Positions 12,610-26,900 of a stretch of 64,000 nt of DNA are shown here, piece by piece (within the stretch, counting starts at the first letter, position 1; the number at the start of each line of letters is the position of its first letter). The notes beneath the pieces are model-generated. The model saw only the letters and a list, made by a program, of their open reading frames with translations. It was not told the origin of the DNA and searched no databases. This stretch comes from Sphyrna mokarran (Eukaryota), in the NCBI GenBank assembly GCA_024679065.1, contig JAGIQG010000026.1, positions 36,890,001-36,954,000 of the forward strand, given 5' to 3'. The translations under genes and the position numbers were made by a program.

Positions 12610-15062
12610 TACATGTTAACTATATTCTTAAATGAATTTTATTTGATGGAAGCTCCCATGTGGGTGATTTGAATCATACCTGAAATGAAACATATTATGT
12701 TTATCCTAACCAAATTCAAAATGTGAAACTTATGATCTAGGCAGGTTTCATAAAACACTTTGGAGTTTCTGACCTGAATTATAACAATTTGGGGCTCCCT
12801 TGTGGGATTAAAATATATGTTTTGTGATTTTGATTGTTGAACTCAAAGACAGTGAGTGGTAAGCATTTTTATGTTTTGTTTTTGGGTGTTGTATTCAGGC
12901 TTAAATAGAGAGTGTCTTGGGGCATAATGTCTCTTTCAGAGGCTAGAATGTTCCTGGGATTGGAGGAAGTCGTGCAAGGTGGTTTAAAAAAAGTTTAAAT
13001 TGGCAGAGGGAAAGGGAAAATATAGTTTGAATATAGTGATGAGGAAGATGAAAAGTAGCAAAAGCTTCATAGTCAAAGGCTTGGTGAGGAACCAAAGATT
13101 GCCAAGATTTGTTGAGAAGAATATAGAAGCCTTTTTCATTTCATTTGAGAAAGTAGCTACACACACTGTGGGTATTCCTGATTCAAAGAAGTTTAGTTGG
13201 TAGAGCTTGTGTGGTGTTTGCATCACTGTCAGAAGTAATATGAAGTGAAAAAATCCATCTTAGGTGCATACAAACTAGTGCCAGAAGCTTACAGACAATT
13301 CTTTAGAAATTCTTTGAACCTGGTGAAATGTACATAGAATTTGGAAGGATCAAACAGAGTAATTTCGATAGATGGATAAGGGTTTTGAAAATAGACAGAT
13401 GTATGAAGCTTTGAGAGAAATGATTATTTTGGAAGTGTTTAAAAATTCACTTTCTAATGTAGTGAGAACTCGTGTGGAAGAATAGAGGGTGAAGACTGTG
13501 AGGTTAGCAGCAGAAATGGTAGATTATTATGAATGAGTTCATAAATCAAGGTTTGGTTTTGAATATCGGTTTCAGCCTACGAGGGATAGAAACTGGGAAA
13601 AGAGGAATACTCAGGTGGTAAAGCCAAAGATCTTGTGGGAGGTAATAAAGACATTGTACCTCAGCTTAAAAAAAACACATGAGGATGGAAGAGAAATGAA
13701 AAGGCTCAGATGTTTTCACTGTAATAAATTAGGCCATTGCAAAGTCACAGTGATGGTGGTTTAAGAAAAGCACTGGGAAGACTGACATGGTAAAACAGGC
13801 TTATCATGTGTGGTTTTTTAAATGGGAAAGGAAAGTCCAGTTGAAGCAAAAGAAATGAAAAGGAATGTAGAGCCTGTTCATGAGTTGATTGATAAGAAGA
13901 TACCAGATCTCTTTAAAGAATTTACTTGTGTGGATAAAGTTTACTCATGTGTACCAGGAGGAGAGGTAAAGAAGTTAAAATTTTAAGAGATATGGGAACA
14001 GGTCGATCTTTGATGGTAAGAGATGATAAGAAAAGAAAGTTGAAATTCAATCATCAGAAACGATTTTTGATCAGATTGTTAGAAAAGAGCAAGAACAGGT
14101 AGGGGGTGAGTGGATATTTTTAGTTTGGGGAAGTTGGCAGAGTTACAACAGAAAGATATAGAAATAAAACAGATATATCAGAAAGCATACACGGAAGAGG
14201 AACCTGAATGTATACAGGTTTTGTTATTATGTTAAAGTGATGTCTTAATGAGGAAATGGAGATCTTTACATATTCAGGAGAAGAACAGTGGGCAAAAGCT
14301 CATCAAGTCATATTGCTGGTCGAGTTTAGAAAGGAGGCTTTGCGGACAGCACATGAAGTATCAATAGGAGGTCATTTGGGAATAAGGAAAACTCAAACTA
14401 AAATACAAAAACATTTTTCTTGGCCTGGTCTGCTTAGAGATGTAGTTAAATTTTGTTTGTTATGTCACACTTGTCAAGTAATCGGGAATACTCAAGCAGT
14501 GATAAAAAGAGCACCCTTGATGCTCCCTCCAACATTTGAGGGAATGATTGTGTAGGACCCCTTCCTAAAACAAAAAGTGGGAATCAATAATGGATTTGTC
14601 TATTAGGTTTCCACAGGCCACTCTATTATGTAATATTCCTGCTAAAAGGATTGTAGGGGAGTTACTTCAATCTTTTACGAGATATGGACTACTCACAGAA
14701 ATACAGTCAGATCGAGGATCAAATTTTACATCAAAGTTATTCAAGGAGTTTATAGATAGCTTGGAATAAAATGATCTAAATCAACTGCGCTCCATCCAGA
14801 ATTGCAGGGAGTGTTTGAACTGTTGGATCAAGCTTTAAAAACAATGTTGAGGGCTTATTGTCAAAATTATCCAGAGGACTGGGATAAAGGAATTCGTTTG
14901 TACTCTTTGCAATTTGGGATGCACCTAATGAGTCAACCAAATTCAGTCCATTTGAATTGGTTTTTGGTCATGAGATAATGGGATCACTTAAATTGATGAA
15001 GGAGCAATTAATGAGTGAGTGTTCTGAGATGATGTTATTGGACTATGTGTCAAATTTGAGGG
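12610..15062 (+). mobile_element. Degenerate Gypsy LTR retrotransposon, Gmr1-like (gag-protease-integrase)
   Basis: LTR end ..ACA at 12786, then a degenerate tRNA-Pro primer site (tggggctc..gggat). Gag LPRFVEKNIEAFFISFEKVA; knuckle CFHCNKLGH near 13711; protease ILRDMG; integrase H2C2 (GGHLG..CLLCHTCQ), CVGPLPKT, IQSDRGSNF, FSPFELVFGH. Confidence 0.88.
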
Positions 15063-15970
15063 AAATTCCTGTGCTGCTAACCAAGCTGTTGCAGTACAGC
15101 TACAACACTGGCACCTACCCAGCAATGTAGAACGTTGACGAGTTATGAGCTGTGCACTTAAAGCAAGACAAGTCCAATCTGGCCAGTTGCTGTCCCACCA
15201 GTCTATTGTCAAACATCAGCAAAATGATGGACAAGGTCAAAGACAGTGCTACCAATTGGCACTTGCTTAACAATAACCTGCTCGGTGACTCTCAGTCTGG
15301 GTTCTGCCAGGGCCACTCAGCTCCTGACCTCAATACAGTCTTGTCACAAGAAAGAGCTGAACTCAAGGGCTGAGTTGAGAGTGAGTGCATTTGACATAAA
15401 AGGTATCATGCGATCAAGTGTGGCATCAATTAGCCCCAGTAAAACTGAAGTCAATGAGAGTCAGGGGGAAAATTTCCTACGTGCAGTCATAACCTAGCAC
15501 AAAGGAAGGTCGTTGTTGGAGGTCAATCATCTGAGTCCTATGACACCACCAAAAGAGTTCCTCAGACTCATCCACCACCTTCAACATTCACTCCCTCCAA
15601 CGTCAGTGCACAGTGACAGCAGTGTGTTCTATCTAGAAGATGCAAAGCAGCAACTCACCAATGTTCCTCAGACAACACCTTCTAAACAGCAACCTCTGGT
15701 GCCTGGAATAAGGGCAGTAACTTCGTGGGACTACCAGCCAGCTGCAAATCCCCTCTAAGCCACACGTCATTTTGGTTTGGAAATCTGTCTGTTGTTCCTT
15801 CATTGTCGCAGGGTCAAAATCCTGGAACTCCCTTCTGAACAGGACCCTAAATGTCCCTACCTCCCTTCTGAACAGCAGTGTGGATGTTCCCAAGCAACAC
15901 AGACTGCAGCAGTTCAAGAAGTTAGCTCACCATTACCTTGTCAAGGGCAATTAGGGAAGCAATAAATATT
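15063..15970 (+). mobile_element. Degenerate L2/CR1-group LINE fragment
   Basis: RT remnants PTSLLSNISKMM, QSGFCQGHSAPD, AFDIK; 3' WNSL segment and caagggcaattaggga..caataaa tail. Confidence 0.7.
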
Positions 15971-16009
15971 GGCCAATGCACACCTCTCACAAAAGAAAAA
16001 AAATCAACA

Positions 16010-16380
16010 AAGATCCCCATGTACAGAGCAGTTATTGTCACCATGTTACTGCCCTGCCGTGAGAACTTCTCTGTGAATCAGTGACACAAATCTCTGGAGA
16101 AATTCCATCATCAATGTTGCCATTGCATCCTCCAGAATCAATGGGAGAACCATTAAGCAATCACTATTGTCTTGCTTGAAACCCGTTCCACAAATGTTCA
16201 AACAAAACTCCTGCAAAATCTACTACAATGGACTAGACACAGTGCCTAGCTGGCCAAAAGTGTCTCCTGCATCAAGTCCTTTTTTCTCAACCCTCAACTT
16301 TCCAGTAGAAGACAAAGAAAATGTTCAAAGACACTCTGAAGTTATCCCCTTAAAGGTCAGCAGCATTGAGATTAGTGACT
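16010..16380 (+). mobile_element. RTE-clade LINE 3' fragment
   Basis: MYRAVIVTMLL...SLEKFHHQC..CILQ.QW resembles the RTE ORF C-terminus. Confidence 0.6.
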
Positions 16381-16384
16381 AGGA

Positions 16385-18760
16385 GTACAGTCAGGACTAG
16401 TTCATCAGATTAATCCTGGGTATGGAAGGATTTTTTCATGAGGAAAGGTTGGGCCTGTACTCAATACAGTTCAGAAGAATGAGAGATGACCTCATTGAAC
16501 ATATAGGATTCTCAGGGCGCTTAATTGGGTAATTGCTGAGAGGTTGTTTCCCTTGAGGGAGAGTCTCAGACCAGAGTATGGGGCCACCCACTAAAGGCAG
16601 AGATAAGGAGGAATTTCTTCTCAGAAAGGATAGTGAACCTGTGGAATTCTTTATTGCTGAGGGCTGTGGCAGAATGGTGGGCAACCTCCAGTTCAGAAGC
16701 TACATGCGGCACATCTAGGGTTTGAGTATAGCCCATGAGACATTATGTTGACCGTTAGCCACAGGCAGGATTGCCACATTCAGCTGATTTCTGTCTGCAT
16801 AGTTTTTTTTTCCTCCCGGTATGACTGAAGTGAAAGGCACCTCAGTGAAGTGAGGTGTGTGCTGATTATCCACAACATTGACGTAAGAGCCATGCACTTT
16901 CTCTGCATCCAAAGCATGAATACTTCTGTTGTTTTTTACCATTTGAAGTTGATGATGATTCTATGAGTTTATCAATGATTGAGCATTTACTGTAGCTTGT
17001 CAGGAAACATTTAGCATTTATTAAATGTATTTAATCTTATTCCTAGGGTCATGGTTAGTGAAAAAGCCTGATTTCAATCTTGCGGCCTAAGTTGCCTACC
17101 ACTACTGCAGAGGCTGGGGCGTTAAGTATGTTCAAGGTTGAGATAGACAGATTTTTAATCACTAAGAGAATCGAGGGGTACGAGAATAAGGTGGGAAAGA
17201 ATATAAGAATGTAAGAACAAGGAGCAGGAATATGCCATCTGGCCCCTCAAGCCTACTCCGCTACTCAATAAGATCATGGCTGATCTTTTCATCGACTTAC
17301 CCGCCCGTTCACCATAACCCTTAATTCTTTTACTGTTCAAAAATTTATCTACCCTTGCCTTAAAAACATTCAATGAAATAGCCTCAACTGCTTCACTGGG
17401 CAGGGAATTCCACAGATTCACAACCCTTTGTGTGAAGAAGTTTCTCCTTAACTCAGAATTAAACTTGCTCCCCCTTATTTTGAGACCATGTTCTAGTTTC
17501 ACCTGCCAGTGGAAACAACTTCCCTGCTTCTACATTATCTATTCCCTTCATAATCTTATATGTTTCTATAACATCTCGGCATAGCAGTACGTGGTCAGCA
17601 CTGCTGCTCACAGCTCCAGGGACTTGGGTTCGATTCCCAGCTTGGTCACTCTCTGTGTGGAGTCTGCACATTCTCCCTGTGTCTGCGTGGGTTTCCTCTG
17701 GTTGTTCCAGTTTCCTCCCACAGTCCAAAAATGCGCGGGTTAGGTTGATCGGCCATGCTAAAGTGCCCCTTAGCGTCCCGAGATGAGTACTGAGAGGGAT
17801 TAGTGGGTAAATATGTCAGATATGGGAATCGGGTGGGATTATGGTTGGTGCAGACTTGGTGGGCCAAATGGCTTCTTTCTGCACTGCAGGGTTTCTATAA
17901 TTCTATGATTTCCCCTCACTCTTCTGAATTGCAATGAGTATAATCCCAGTCTACTCAGTCTCTCCTCATCAGCCTTGTGAATCTCCTCCAGTGCCAGTAT
18001 ATCCTTTCTCAAGTAAGGAGACCAAAACTATGCACAATACTCCAGCTGTGGCCTCACCAGCACCTTATACAGCTATAATATAATCTCGCTGTATTTAAAT
18101 TCCATCCCTCTAGCAATGAAGGACAAAATTCAATTGGCCTTCTCAATTACTTGCTGCACTTGTAAACCAACTCCTTGAGAGTCTTATACAAGGACATCCA
18201 GATCCCTCTGCACAGCAGCGTGCTACTAGTTTTTTACCATTTAAATAATAGCCCATTTTGCTGTTATTCCTACCAAATTGAATGACCTCACATTTCCCAA
18301 TATTGTACTCCATCTGCCAGACCCTCGCCCACTCACTTAGAGTAGATATATCCCTTTGCAAACTTTCAGTGTCCTCTGCACACTTTGCTTTGCTACTCAT
18401 CTTAATACCATCTGCAAATTTTGGTCCCCAATTTCAAATCATCTATGTAAATCATAAACAATTATGGTCCCACACTGATCCCTGAAGTACACCACTCGTC
18501 ACTGATCGCCAACCAGAAAAATATCCATTTATCCCCAATCCTCTATCCATGCTAATACATTACCCATAACACCTTATCTTGTGCAGCAGTCTTTAGTCTG
18601 AATTTGACACCTTGTCAAATGCCTTCTGGGGATCCAGATATACCTCATCCACAGGCTGGAGTTGAGGATTATCATATCAGATCAGTCATGGTCTTATTGA
18701 TTGGCAGAGCAAACTCGATAGACCGAGTGGCCTACTTCTGCTCCTACATCATATGGTTGT
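16385..18760. mobile_element. Nested CR1 fragments: a + strand copy interrupted by a - strand copy (about 17199-18650)
   Basis: Minus-strand ORF2 remnants (LQRDISTLSEWARVWQMEYN, FFTQRVVNLWNSLP); the + strand tail resumes at about 18652. Confidence 0.75.
17578..17909 (+). mobile_element. HE1-like V-SINE inserted in CR1
   Basis: Full head (A/B boxes), V-domain and ttctatgatt tail; CR1 sequence is continuous on both sides. Confidence 0.9.
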
Positions 18761-20640
18761 ACAACAAATGAGCAATAGCTGTTGGGAGCTGGTCAGCTTA
18801 GAGGCACTGGAGATTGAGTCATGCAAAGCTGCCGCCATCTTTGAAAGGTAGCAGCCTCGAAGGAATCTGGGAATGGTCTTTGGCAATCAGAGAGATCGGA
18901 AAATGGTAGATGGCAGAGTTAGAGTGGTTTCGAATTCACTGAATCCACCCTGCTCCTCCAGGTGGCACAACTCAGAGAGAAGTCCCCTTTCCTTCAGCCA
19001 GCAGAAGAAGAACAGGTCATGAAACATAAAGAGCTTGGATGGAGGTAAGTGGAGGTGTTGAGCAGTCACTGGGTAGTCCCACATATCTGTTTGCAGCGTT
19101 CAGGATCATTGCCTCAATGCATTCTGCCAATACGAGTGTAGCATTAAACTTTACAACCCTGTACGACTAGAGACAAGTTTAAGAGTGGGTTGCCCACCCA
19201 CTTAGCGGAAATGTCCAGACATCAGCAATGGCTGCCACAGGTTCAGAACCCTCTCTGCCCCGTGCACTGCCAGAGCTGAATGGTGACTTGCAGCAGGCAT
19301 TCCTGTGGCACCATGACAAGCTGCCACCAATATCGATATGGTGCGTGTCTTTGCTGGGCTGCTAACAGTATACATTTATGAACATTTAGAAGAATTGAGT
19401 TTGCAATGATTAAGACCAAGTAACTACTAGAGATGGCATCCATGCATGGTATTCTATCGTCAAATCAGGAAGAGGTATTGGAACCAGTTGGCAGGCTCTC
19501 ACTGATGGTGAGATGGGTGGGAGTCCCGAGAGAGGGGCAATCGGACACTCTCTGGTGAGCAGGGGCTCCACTGGTTACGTGGAGCTGTAGATGATGAGTT
19601 GTGAGAAGGATGAGTTGGATCGTGCATTGCCCTTTTATCGCACTCTCACAGGTCATGAACAAGAACAGCCATCAGCAGAGCGCGCAGGACATCCCGCCCT
19701 CTCTGGGGAGGAGGAGATCAGTGTTACATCATCTAGCCACACTCTCTCCCACCATATTGTCATACCCATGGCTATCCATTCACACATAGATATTGAGGCA
19801 CAATTTGATGAGCACGTTATAGATATTTTCTGGCAACTGACAGAGGTTGTGACAGTCAAGGACACTGACAGAGGATTGTGGGAGGACACGGCCTCAGTTA
19901 ACTCTGGTTCATCCAGAACCGAATATTGGAACACATTCTGACAATATAGAGGCACTGGAGGGACTGAAAGGGTTGGTGAAGTTGAGCTGGATGTCAAAGT
20001 CGTCCATAAAGTCAACTTTTTGGATGTGCCAATAAGCATGTAGATAAATCCTTGGGAAATTCAGAGACAACAGTGTGTGGGCAAGAAGGGAACCAACTGA
20101 AGGAGATTCTCTGATTTATTGTTATAATATAATTGGAATCACAGCCCCACTCCAAGGGCAAGGAAAAAATACACAGGCTTACCACTGACAAACAGTGTTT
20201 CCCAAACCCTTTCCTAATGTGATCACATTGCAATGCTTCAGACCTTGCACAACTTCAGAGTAAACATTTGGAGGCTACAAGAGTTGGGGGTGGTGGTCTT
20301 CAGCTGCGGAGTTGAAGGATAGGGAGCTGGGGCTGCACAAGGGGACAGAGCTAATGCGCCCAATATTATTTTTCCATCAACAGTGCAAGACCATGCTTTA
20401 TGTACAACACAATCAACAATAATCGCTTTTGGAATTAAAGCAGAGCTATCCTGTTTGCAACTTGTTTTACACATTGTGTTATAATGCTTGGCTGTAATTG
20501 GGAAGTCTGTCTGGTATTCCTAATTGAAATCACCATAAATCTGCAACTTTTCCCCAAAGTTTGGGAAACCTGTCGTTAGACAATATAGTTACTCAAACTA
20601 TCCCACTGTATTACTGTGTACATTTGCAATAGTATTTTCT

Positions 20641-20671
20641 TTTATTCAGCTCTTAAGCACAAGGCTTTATT
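20641..20671 (-). terminator. Candidate polyadenylation signals of gene A
   Basis: AATAAA on the minus strand at 20666-20671 and 20641-20646, about 220-250 nt after the stop codon. Confidence 0.55.
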
Positions 20672-20888
20672 ATTTCATATATTCCAGGAAATAGGCTTTC
20701 AATCTTTATAATAATAGATTGTTTTTAACACTGTGTGGAACCAATTCACCATAAACCACAGTGACAAAGTTGAGTGAAAAGAAACAGCATTAACAATGAT
20801 TGACAAAATCAGCAGGTCTCGGAATAGATATATCATTTGATTTTTGCGGTTGGAGTTATATTCAGTTATAGCTGATTCACTTGAACTC

Positions 20889-20988
20889 TCACACTTCAGG
20901 ATAAACTGCATTTGAGGCAATTCCACAGTTGTTATCCATGTCCTTAGCCATGTGGACATATCCTTCATTGCCCCAACTCGCTCCCCAA
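20889..20988 (-). CDS. Gene A exon 8: [32 protein letters not shown]
   Basis: 100 nt to TGA; CAG acceptor. Confidence 0.96.
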
Positions 20989-23900
20989 CTGAAACAAGTG
21001 AAAGAGGTTTTTAGTACAGCTCTGGTGAGTCACATGATTAGAAGTTGAACTATACATGTAAGAATTGAAGGCAATGTCATCATTTACATTGAAGGCATAA
21101 TGAACAGGAATTAAATGAAACCCAGAGAGATAATGGGCAGGATCCTCCAGTCTTGTCCGTGGCGGGATCCATTGCGACCGAGAATGGAAAATTTGGCATT
21201 CCAGCCAGAATTCCACTCACTTTCAGCAACAGTAGAAAATCCCAGCCCTGAACAAGGATGGAAAATTTAGCCCGAGTTTCTACAATAGGAAAATCAGAAC
21301 AGGAATGGGCTGTTTATTTCCTCGAGCCTCCACCTTTTCATTCGATCACGTCTAGTTTGCACCACAACCCCTTTTGGCCTCGTTTAAGGTCAAACCAAAT
21401 AAACAAACTCAAGTTAAATCAGGACAAAGTAAAAGGAGAGGAAATCAAAATAGTTTGAAAACATGAAATTAAAATATGATTATTTAGGGTTGATAATGCA
21501 CCCCAGCCTCTGCAATGCCCAACAGGCACAGAAAGCATCAATTATGGCCAAGGACACTGTTTGCTCCCTCTCCAGGGACATCTGGCTGTGAACGTAGCCA
21601 CAGTAGAGGGGTAGATAGTTGGGACGGATGACTCCATCGATCACCTGCTGCCTGGACATGTAAGTGGCGCGTTTCACCAGGCTCAAGAGTAGGTTCACGA
21701 GGAGACCCAGTGCAGTGATTGTCCCAGAAGAAATATAGGAGGGTTCTCTGGATGTTGGTGACAAAGCCAGGAGGGAGGGGATAAAGGGACAGCCGGTACC
21801 ACAGCATGGAGGCGACCAGCTGGTTTATGACAAGAACTCGCGTCCTGTAGGACAACACTTGGAGCAGTCCTGTCCAGCAATCCAGGTGGGTGGTGACTTT
21901 GGCTTCCAGCTCCTGCCAGTTCTCTGGCCAGGATTCCTTGTCTGGACAGAGGTGGACCCCCCAGGTAGAGGAGTTCGGTCCTGATCCAGGTGAAAGGCCT
22001 GAGCTCCTCTGGAAGGCGGTCTGTCTCCCAAGGACCCACCAGGAGTCCAGAACACTTGGCCCAGTTGATCCTGGCAGTGGATGCGGCGGGGTACACTGCC
22101 TGGCATTCTCGCATCCTCTGCAGGTCAGCCGGGTCCATGAACATGAAGACAATGTCATCGGCATAAGCTGACAGGACCACCCTTACATTCGGGCTGCGCA
22201 GAGTCAAACCCAATAACCTCCTCCGCAAGAGGGCCAGGAACTGCTCCATGCATACAGAATGGCTGGACAAGGAGCAGCCCTGCCATACTCCTCTTCCAAT
22301 GTGAAAGGGCACCATTAGGGACCCTTTAACCTTAATCAGACACTCTGTGACAGAGTACAGTAATCAGATCCGGGCAACAAAACGCATCCCAAACCTGAAT
22401 GCCTGCAGAGTTCTGAGTAAATACTTGTGCTCCGCCCTGTTGAACGCCTTCTCCTAATCTAATGACAAGAAGGTGCTCGACAGACCAGCCCTCTGGGAAT
22501 GTTGGATCAGGTCCTGGATGAGGTGGAGATTATCATGTATAGAGCACCCTGGGACCGTGTGGACTGGTCATGTGGTCAAGCATAGATCCAAGGTGTGAAG
22601 CCATAGCCCTGGCAAAGATTTTATAATCTGTGCTGAGGAGAGAGAGAGAGTGGGCGCCAGTTTTTGAGGAGTTGGAGATCCTCCTTCTTGGGTAGCAGGG
22701 CAACAATGGCCCTGCGCCGCAAAAGGGCATCTCCCGATGGCAATGCTCTCCCCTAGGACCCCCACGTAGTCGTTCCCCAGAACGCCCTGAAGAATTCCAC
22801 GGTCAACCCATCCAGCCCCGCGGCCTTACCCCATCCGAGGCCATTGAGGGCACCGATCAACTCAGCCAGGCTGATATTGGCCTCCAGTTGGTTGAGGCAT
22901 TTGGGGCTAACCTGAGGCAGATTCTTCCAGAAAACTCTATGGGCATTCTCACTGGGTGGATCCGGAGAGAAGAGGTTGGAATAGAAATCGCAGACAACAC
23001 CCAGATGCTCTCCAGATCCGAGACGGGGGAACCATCATCGGCCAGCAGCGTAAGGAGCTGCTGACGGGTCACCCGCACTTTTTCTAGAGAGTAGAAACTG
23101 GAGCCGCAATCTCATGTATGTACCAAGAGACCAGACAAGTTGCAGGTCCAACATGCGAGGAAATAGTTTCTCTGAACCGACCCTATTGAATCACATTATT
23201 ATTTAAAGCACTTTGATTAAATTATCCCCACAATTCTCCAAAATTCTTCAAAAGAACATAAATCAAGTTGATGAAACCCATCCGCATAATTTAACTCAGT
23301 CTTCAAATTTCAGTTAACTCAGTTGCATTATGGAAATTTCCTCCAGGTTAAATTCTTGTGGAACTTTGAAAAAGTCTTGCTGAAGGTGTCTGCACTCACC
23401 TTCAGCATCCTGTTGTACTAAAGCTTGTGGGTGCCTCAGACACACCACAGCAGACTGGGTGTCTGCTAATTGCATTATTGATAAGAATCCTGGGGAGATA
23501 GCAGCAAAATTTGACTCAATTCCCCTGACTTTAGAACAATTTCCTCCTGCTGCCAAAGTTGTCAGATTTTCTCAGCCCATATGGAGCACAAGGTCAATGT
23601 GTTCTGCTTGTCATCCCTCTCTCACTGATTGCCACCTACTCTGTCCCACAAACTGGCCAGAATTCTCCAATCTGCTGAAAGGCCACATTGGGCCACAGTA
23701 TGGATGACCTGGCTGGTTTTTGCACCCACTGTGATATGGGGGGGCAGGCTGGTGGAAAGCCCGTCATTTTACATGTTCCCCATCTTCAAATGTACCAGTG
23801 GGGTGTGTGGGGGAGAGATTTAAAATTAACACCAAAACTTTTTTTCACATCTCCAATGTTGATTATAATTAAGACGCAACTCGCAATCAGAATTAAGATG

Positions 23901-26900
23901 CGTTTAACAATGTCCTCCCTCTGTGATTTACCTGTTTTTAACGATCCAGAATGGCTTCTGATTTTCAGTTCCATATCCAACCACCAAAATTCCATGATCG
24001 AGTTTGACAGTACTGCAGTGGGGCTCGTAAAATATTCCTACCAAAAAAAAAATGATTTCTAACTATAATTGTAGAATTTCTAAATTTGCCAGGATTTCAC
24101 AAGTTGGAATTTTGTGAGGGAAGTATCTATGGCAAAGTACCCAAGGACAAAAATTCTGACCTACGGGAATGAAGGTGGGGAACGGGGTTGAAGAGGAGTG
24201 GTGGGGGGGTGGGAAGAGGTTTGGTAGTGGGATGGGATTGGCGGATCCTTGTGGAGGAATAACCTGGGATACCCAGAAGGGAAATAGCTCTGACCACTAT
24301 TCCTATTTACCAATTTTTACTGTTTTTTTTCCTTCTGTGTAGATTCTCTGTCACATGTATCAGCCATTCCTTAAGAAGTTCAAGTCTTTGAGAGGAAGGA
24401 TCCAGCTTTGTGACTCTAGGTGGTTCTAGAAATGCGGTCCAATTCAACCCCTGATAGACAAATCAGATCCAATGTCTAAAAAGGAATAACTGAGGGTAGG
24501 GTTGAGGACTAGGGAAGGCCCAGTTATCCTGACTTCGATTGAAGAAATATTTCAGTATTGAAACCTTAGTCTTCAGCCCGATTTGGACCTCAAGTGTTTC
24601 CTCTCAGGGAAACGCTCCAGTAGCAGTATCTCTGCAGTGTCCATGTGGTGTCACACATAGAAGATTTACTCAAAATATTGAAATAATCCCATGAACAGGA
24701 TAATGTCTGCCCAAGAGGGATGTCTGATTTCACCTGAGATGATTTCTATCTCTTCAAGAGTGTTGTGGGATTTATAGGCTTTGTTGTCAATAGATTGCAT
24801 GATAGGACAGATTGTGGTGTTAAAATATCTCGACCATTGCCTTAACCTCTGTTACGCCAAATTTTTGCCACATAATCTTGCCACATAAGCTTGGGTCACT
24901 GTTTGCACATTCTCCTCATGTCTGCGTGGGTTTCCTCCAGGTGCTTTGGTTTCCTCCCACAGTCCAAAGATGTGCAGGTTAGGTTGATTGGCCATGTTAA
25001 ATTGACCATAGATACATAGGTTAGAGGATTAGTAGGTAAAGTATGTACGGATATGGAGTAGAGCCTGGGCGGGATTGTGGTCGGTGCAGACTCGATGGAT
25101 CGAACAGTCTCTTTCTGTACTGTTGTATTTCTACAAAATAATATTGGTAACTGGAGCATCTAATTGTATTAAAATTAGACTCCAGTAACATCATGGAAGC
25201 AATTATGCAATTGCCAGCATTTCTCCATCATCTATCTGCTCATTTACAGTGAGTTTCCATTGATAATAGATGTGTATTTAAAGGGTCCTGGCAGAGGATT
25301 TGAAGAGTATTTTTGAATCTTTTCATTTTGTTACTTTGTTTCTTTCCCCTTTCCATTTAGTTGTTTGATAAGCTTCATGCCAGTGGCACAGATTGCCTTT
25401 TTTAGTGTTTCCAAAATATTGGAAAAATGAGTTTTCCAGTGGAAATTCTACTTTTAAATCTTTCCTTTTCACAGAGGCAGGCAGATGAACAATGGAAGAA
25501 TGTTGAACATAGACTTGTATTATAGACATGAATGCATATACCTAGCAAAGACTAGACTAAACTAGAAACTGGATACAGTGGTCCTGAGTTAGCAGACTAA
25601 CAAATGCAGTTGGACACCTGAAGCTGATATACAGCTGGCTGGCAGATAGAAGACAGAGGGTGGTGGTTGATGGGAGATATTCATCGTGGAGTTCGGTGAC
25701 GAGTGGTGTGCCTCAGGGGTCTGTTTTGGGGCCCCTGCTGTTTGTAATTTTTATAAATGATCTGGATGAGGGTATTGAGGGATGGATCAGTAAATTTGCA
25801 GATGATACTAAAGTTGGTGGTGTGGTAGATAGTGAAGAGGGGTGTTTTAGTTTACAGAGTGACTTGGACAAGTTGCAGAGCTGGGCCGAGAGGTGGCAAA
25901 TGGAGTTTAATGTGGAAAAGTGTGAGGTAATGCACTTTGGCAGGAACAATAAATGTGTAGAGTATAGGGCTAATGGTAGGGCTCTTAATAGTGTTGAGGA
26001 ACAGAAGGATCTTGGTGTATGTGTCAATAGATCCCTGAAAGTAGGCAGTCAAGTGGATAAAGTTGTTAAGAAGGCATATGGAGTCTTAGCTTTTATTGGT
26101 AGGGGGATTGAATTTAGGAGCCGCAGCATCATGTTGCAACTGTACAAAACTCTAGTGCGGCCGCACTTGGAGTATTGTGTGCAGTTCTGGTCGCCACATT
26201 ATAAGAAAGATGTGGAGGCATTGGAGAGGGTACAGAGGAGGTTTACCAGGATGTTGCCTGGTATGGAGGGCAGGTCCTATGAAGAGAGGTTGAAGGATTT
26301 GAGGTTGTTTTCGTTAGAAAGGAGGCGGCTAAGGGGGGATCTTATTGAAGCATATAAGATGATTAGAGGTTTGGATAGGGTGGACAGTGATAGCCTTTTT
26401 CCTAGGATGGAGAAAGCTAGCACGAGGGGACACAGCTTTAAATTAAGGGGTATGAGTTATAGGACGGATATCAGAGGTAGGTTCTTTACTCAAAGAGTGA
26501 TTAGGGAGTGGAATGCCCTGCCTGCAGCTGTTGTAGATGCGCCAAGTTTGGTGGCGTTTAAGAGGTTAGTTGATAAGTATATGGATGAGAAGGGAATGGT
26601 TTAGTTAGGAGGGGCATTGCTTTTTATTTTGGTCGGCACAACATCGAAGGCCGAAGGGCCTGTTCTGTGCTGTATTGTTCTATGTTCTATGTTCTATGTA
26701 CTACCAGGTTGTTACTGACACTAATTCAAAATGTAGGTTGCACCCTCAAGGCTTCCTTTGTCATTTTTGTCTGGGTATTTTTCTACGAGGCTCAATGGAG
26801 AATGCTGGAATTAAGATGAGACTACATTGGGTGCTCCATGGAACAGAGCTTCTTTGGCACATGATGCATCTGTGCCTTCTGTTTCACACTCAGTAACCGA

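Noticed and set aside
16715-16942. 75-aa ORF as a host exon
   Set aside because: Embedded among LINE fragments, with no recognisable motif or partner exons.
17578-17650. tRNA genes
   Set aside because: The A/B-box sequences are SINE heads that continue into V-domains; no cloverleaf.
19243-20039. Cluster of overlapping ORFs just downstream of gene A
   Set aside because: No recognisable domain; probably a decayed repeat, so no call is supportable.
1-20600. A third cathepsin copy or pseudogene downstream of gene A
   Set aside because: I saw no CGSCWAF, DWR, HxVLxVGYG or KNSWG exon remnants on either strand, here or in 58100-64000.
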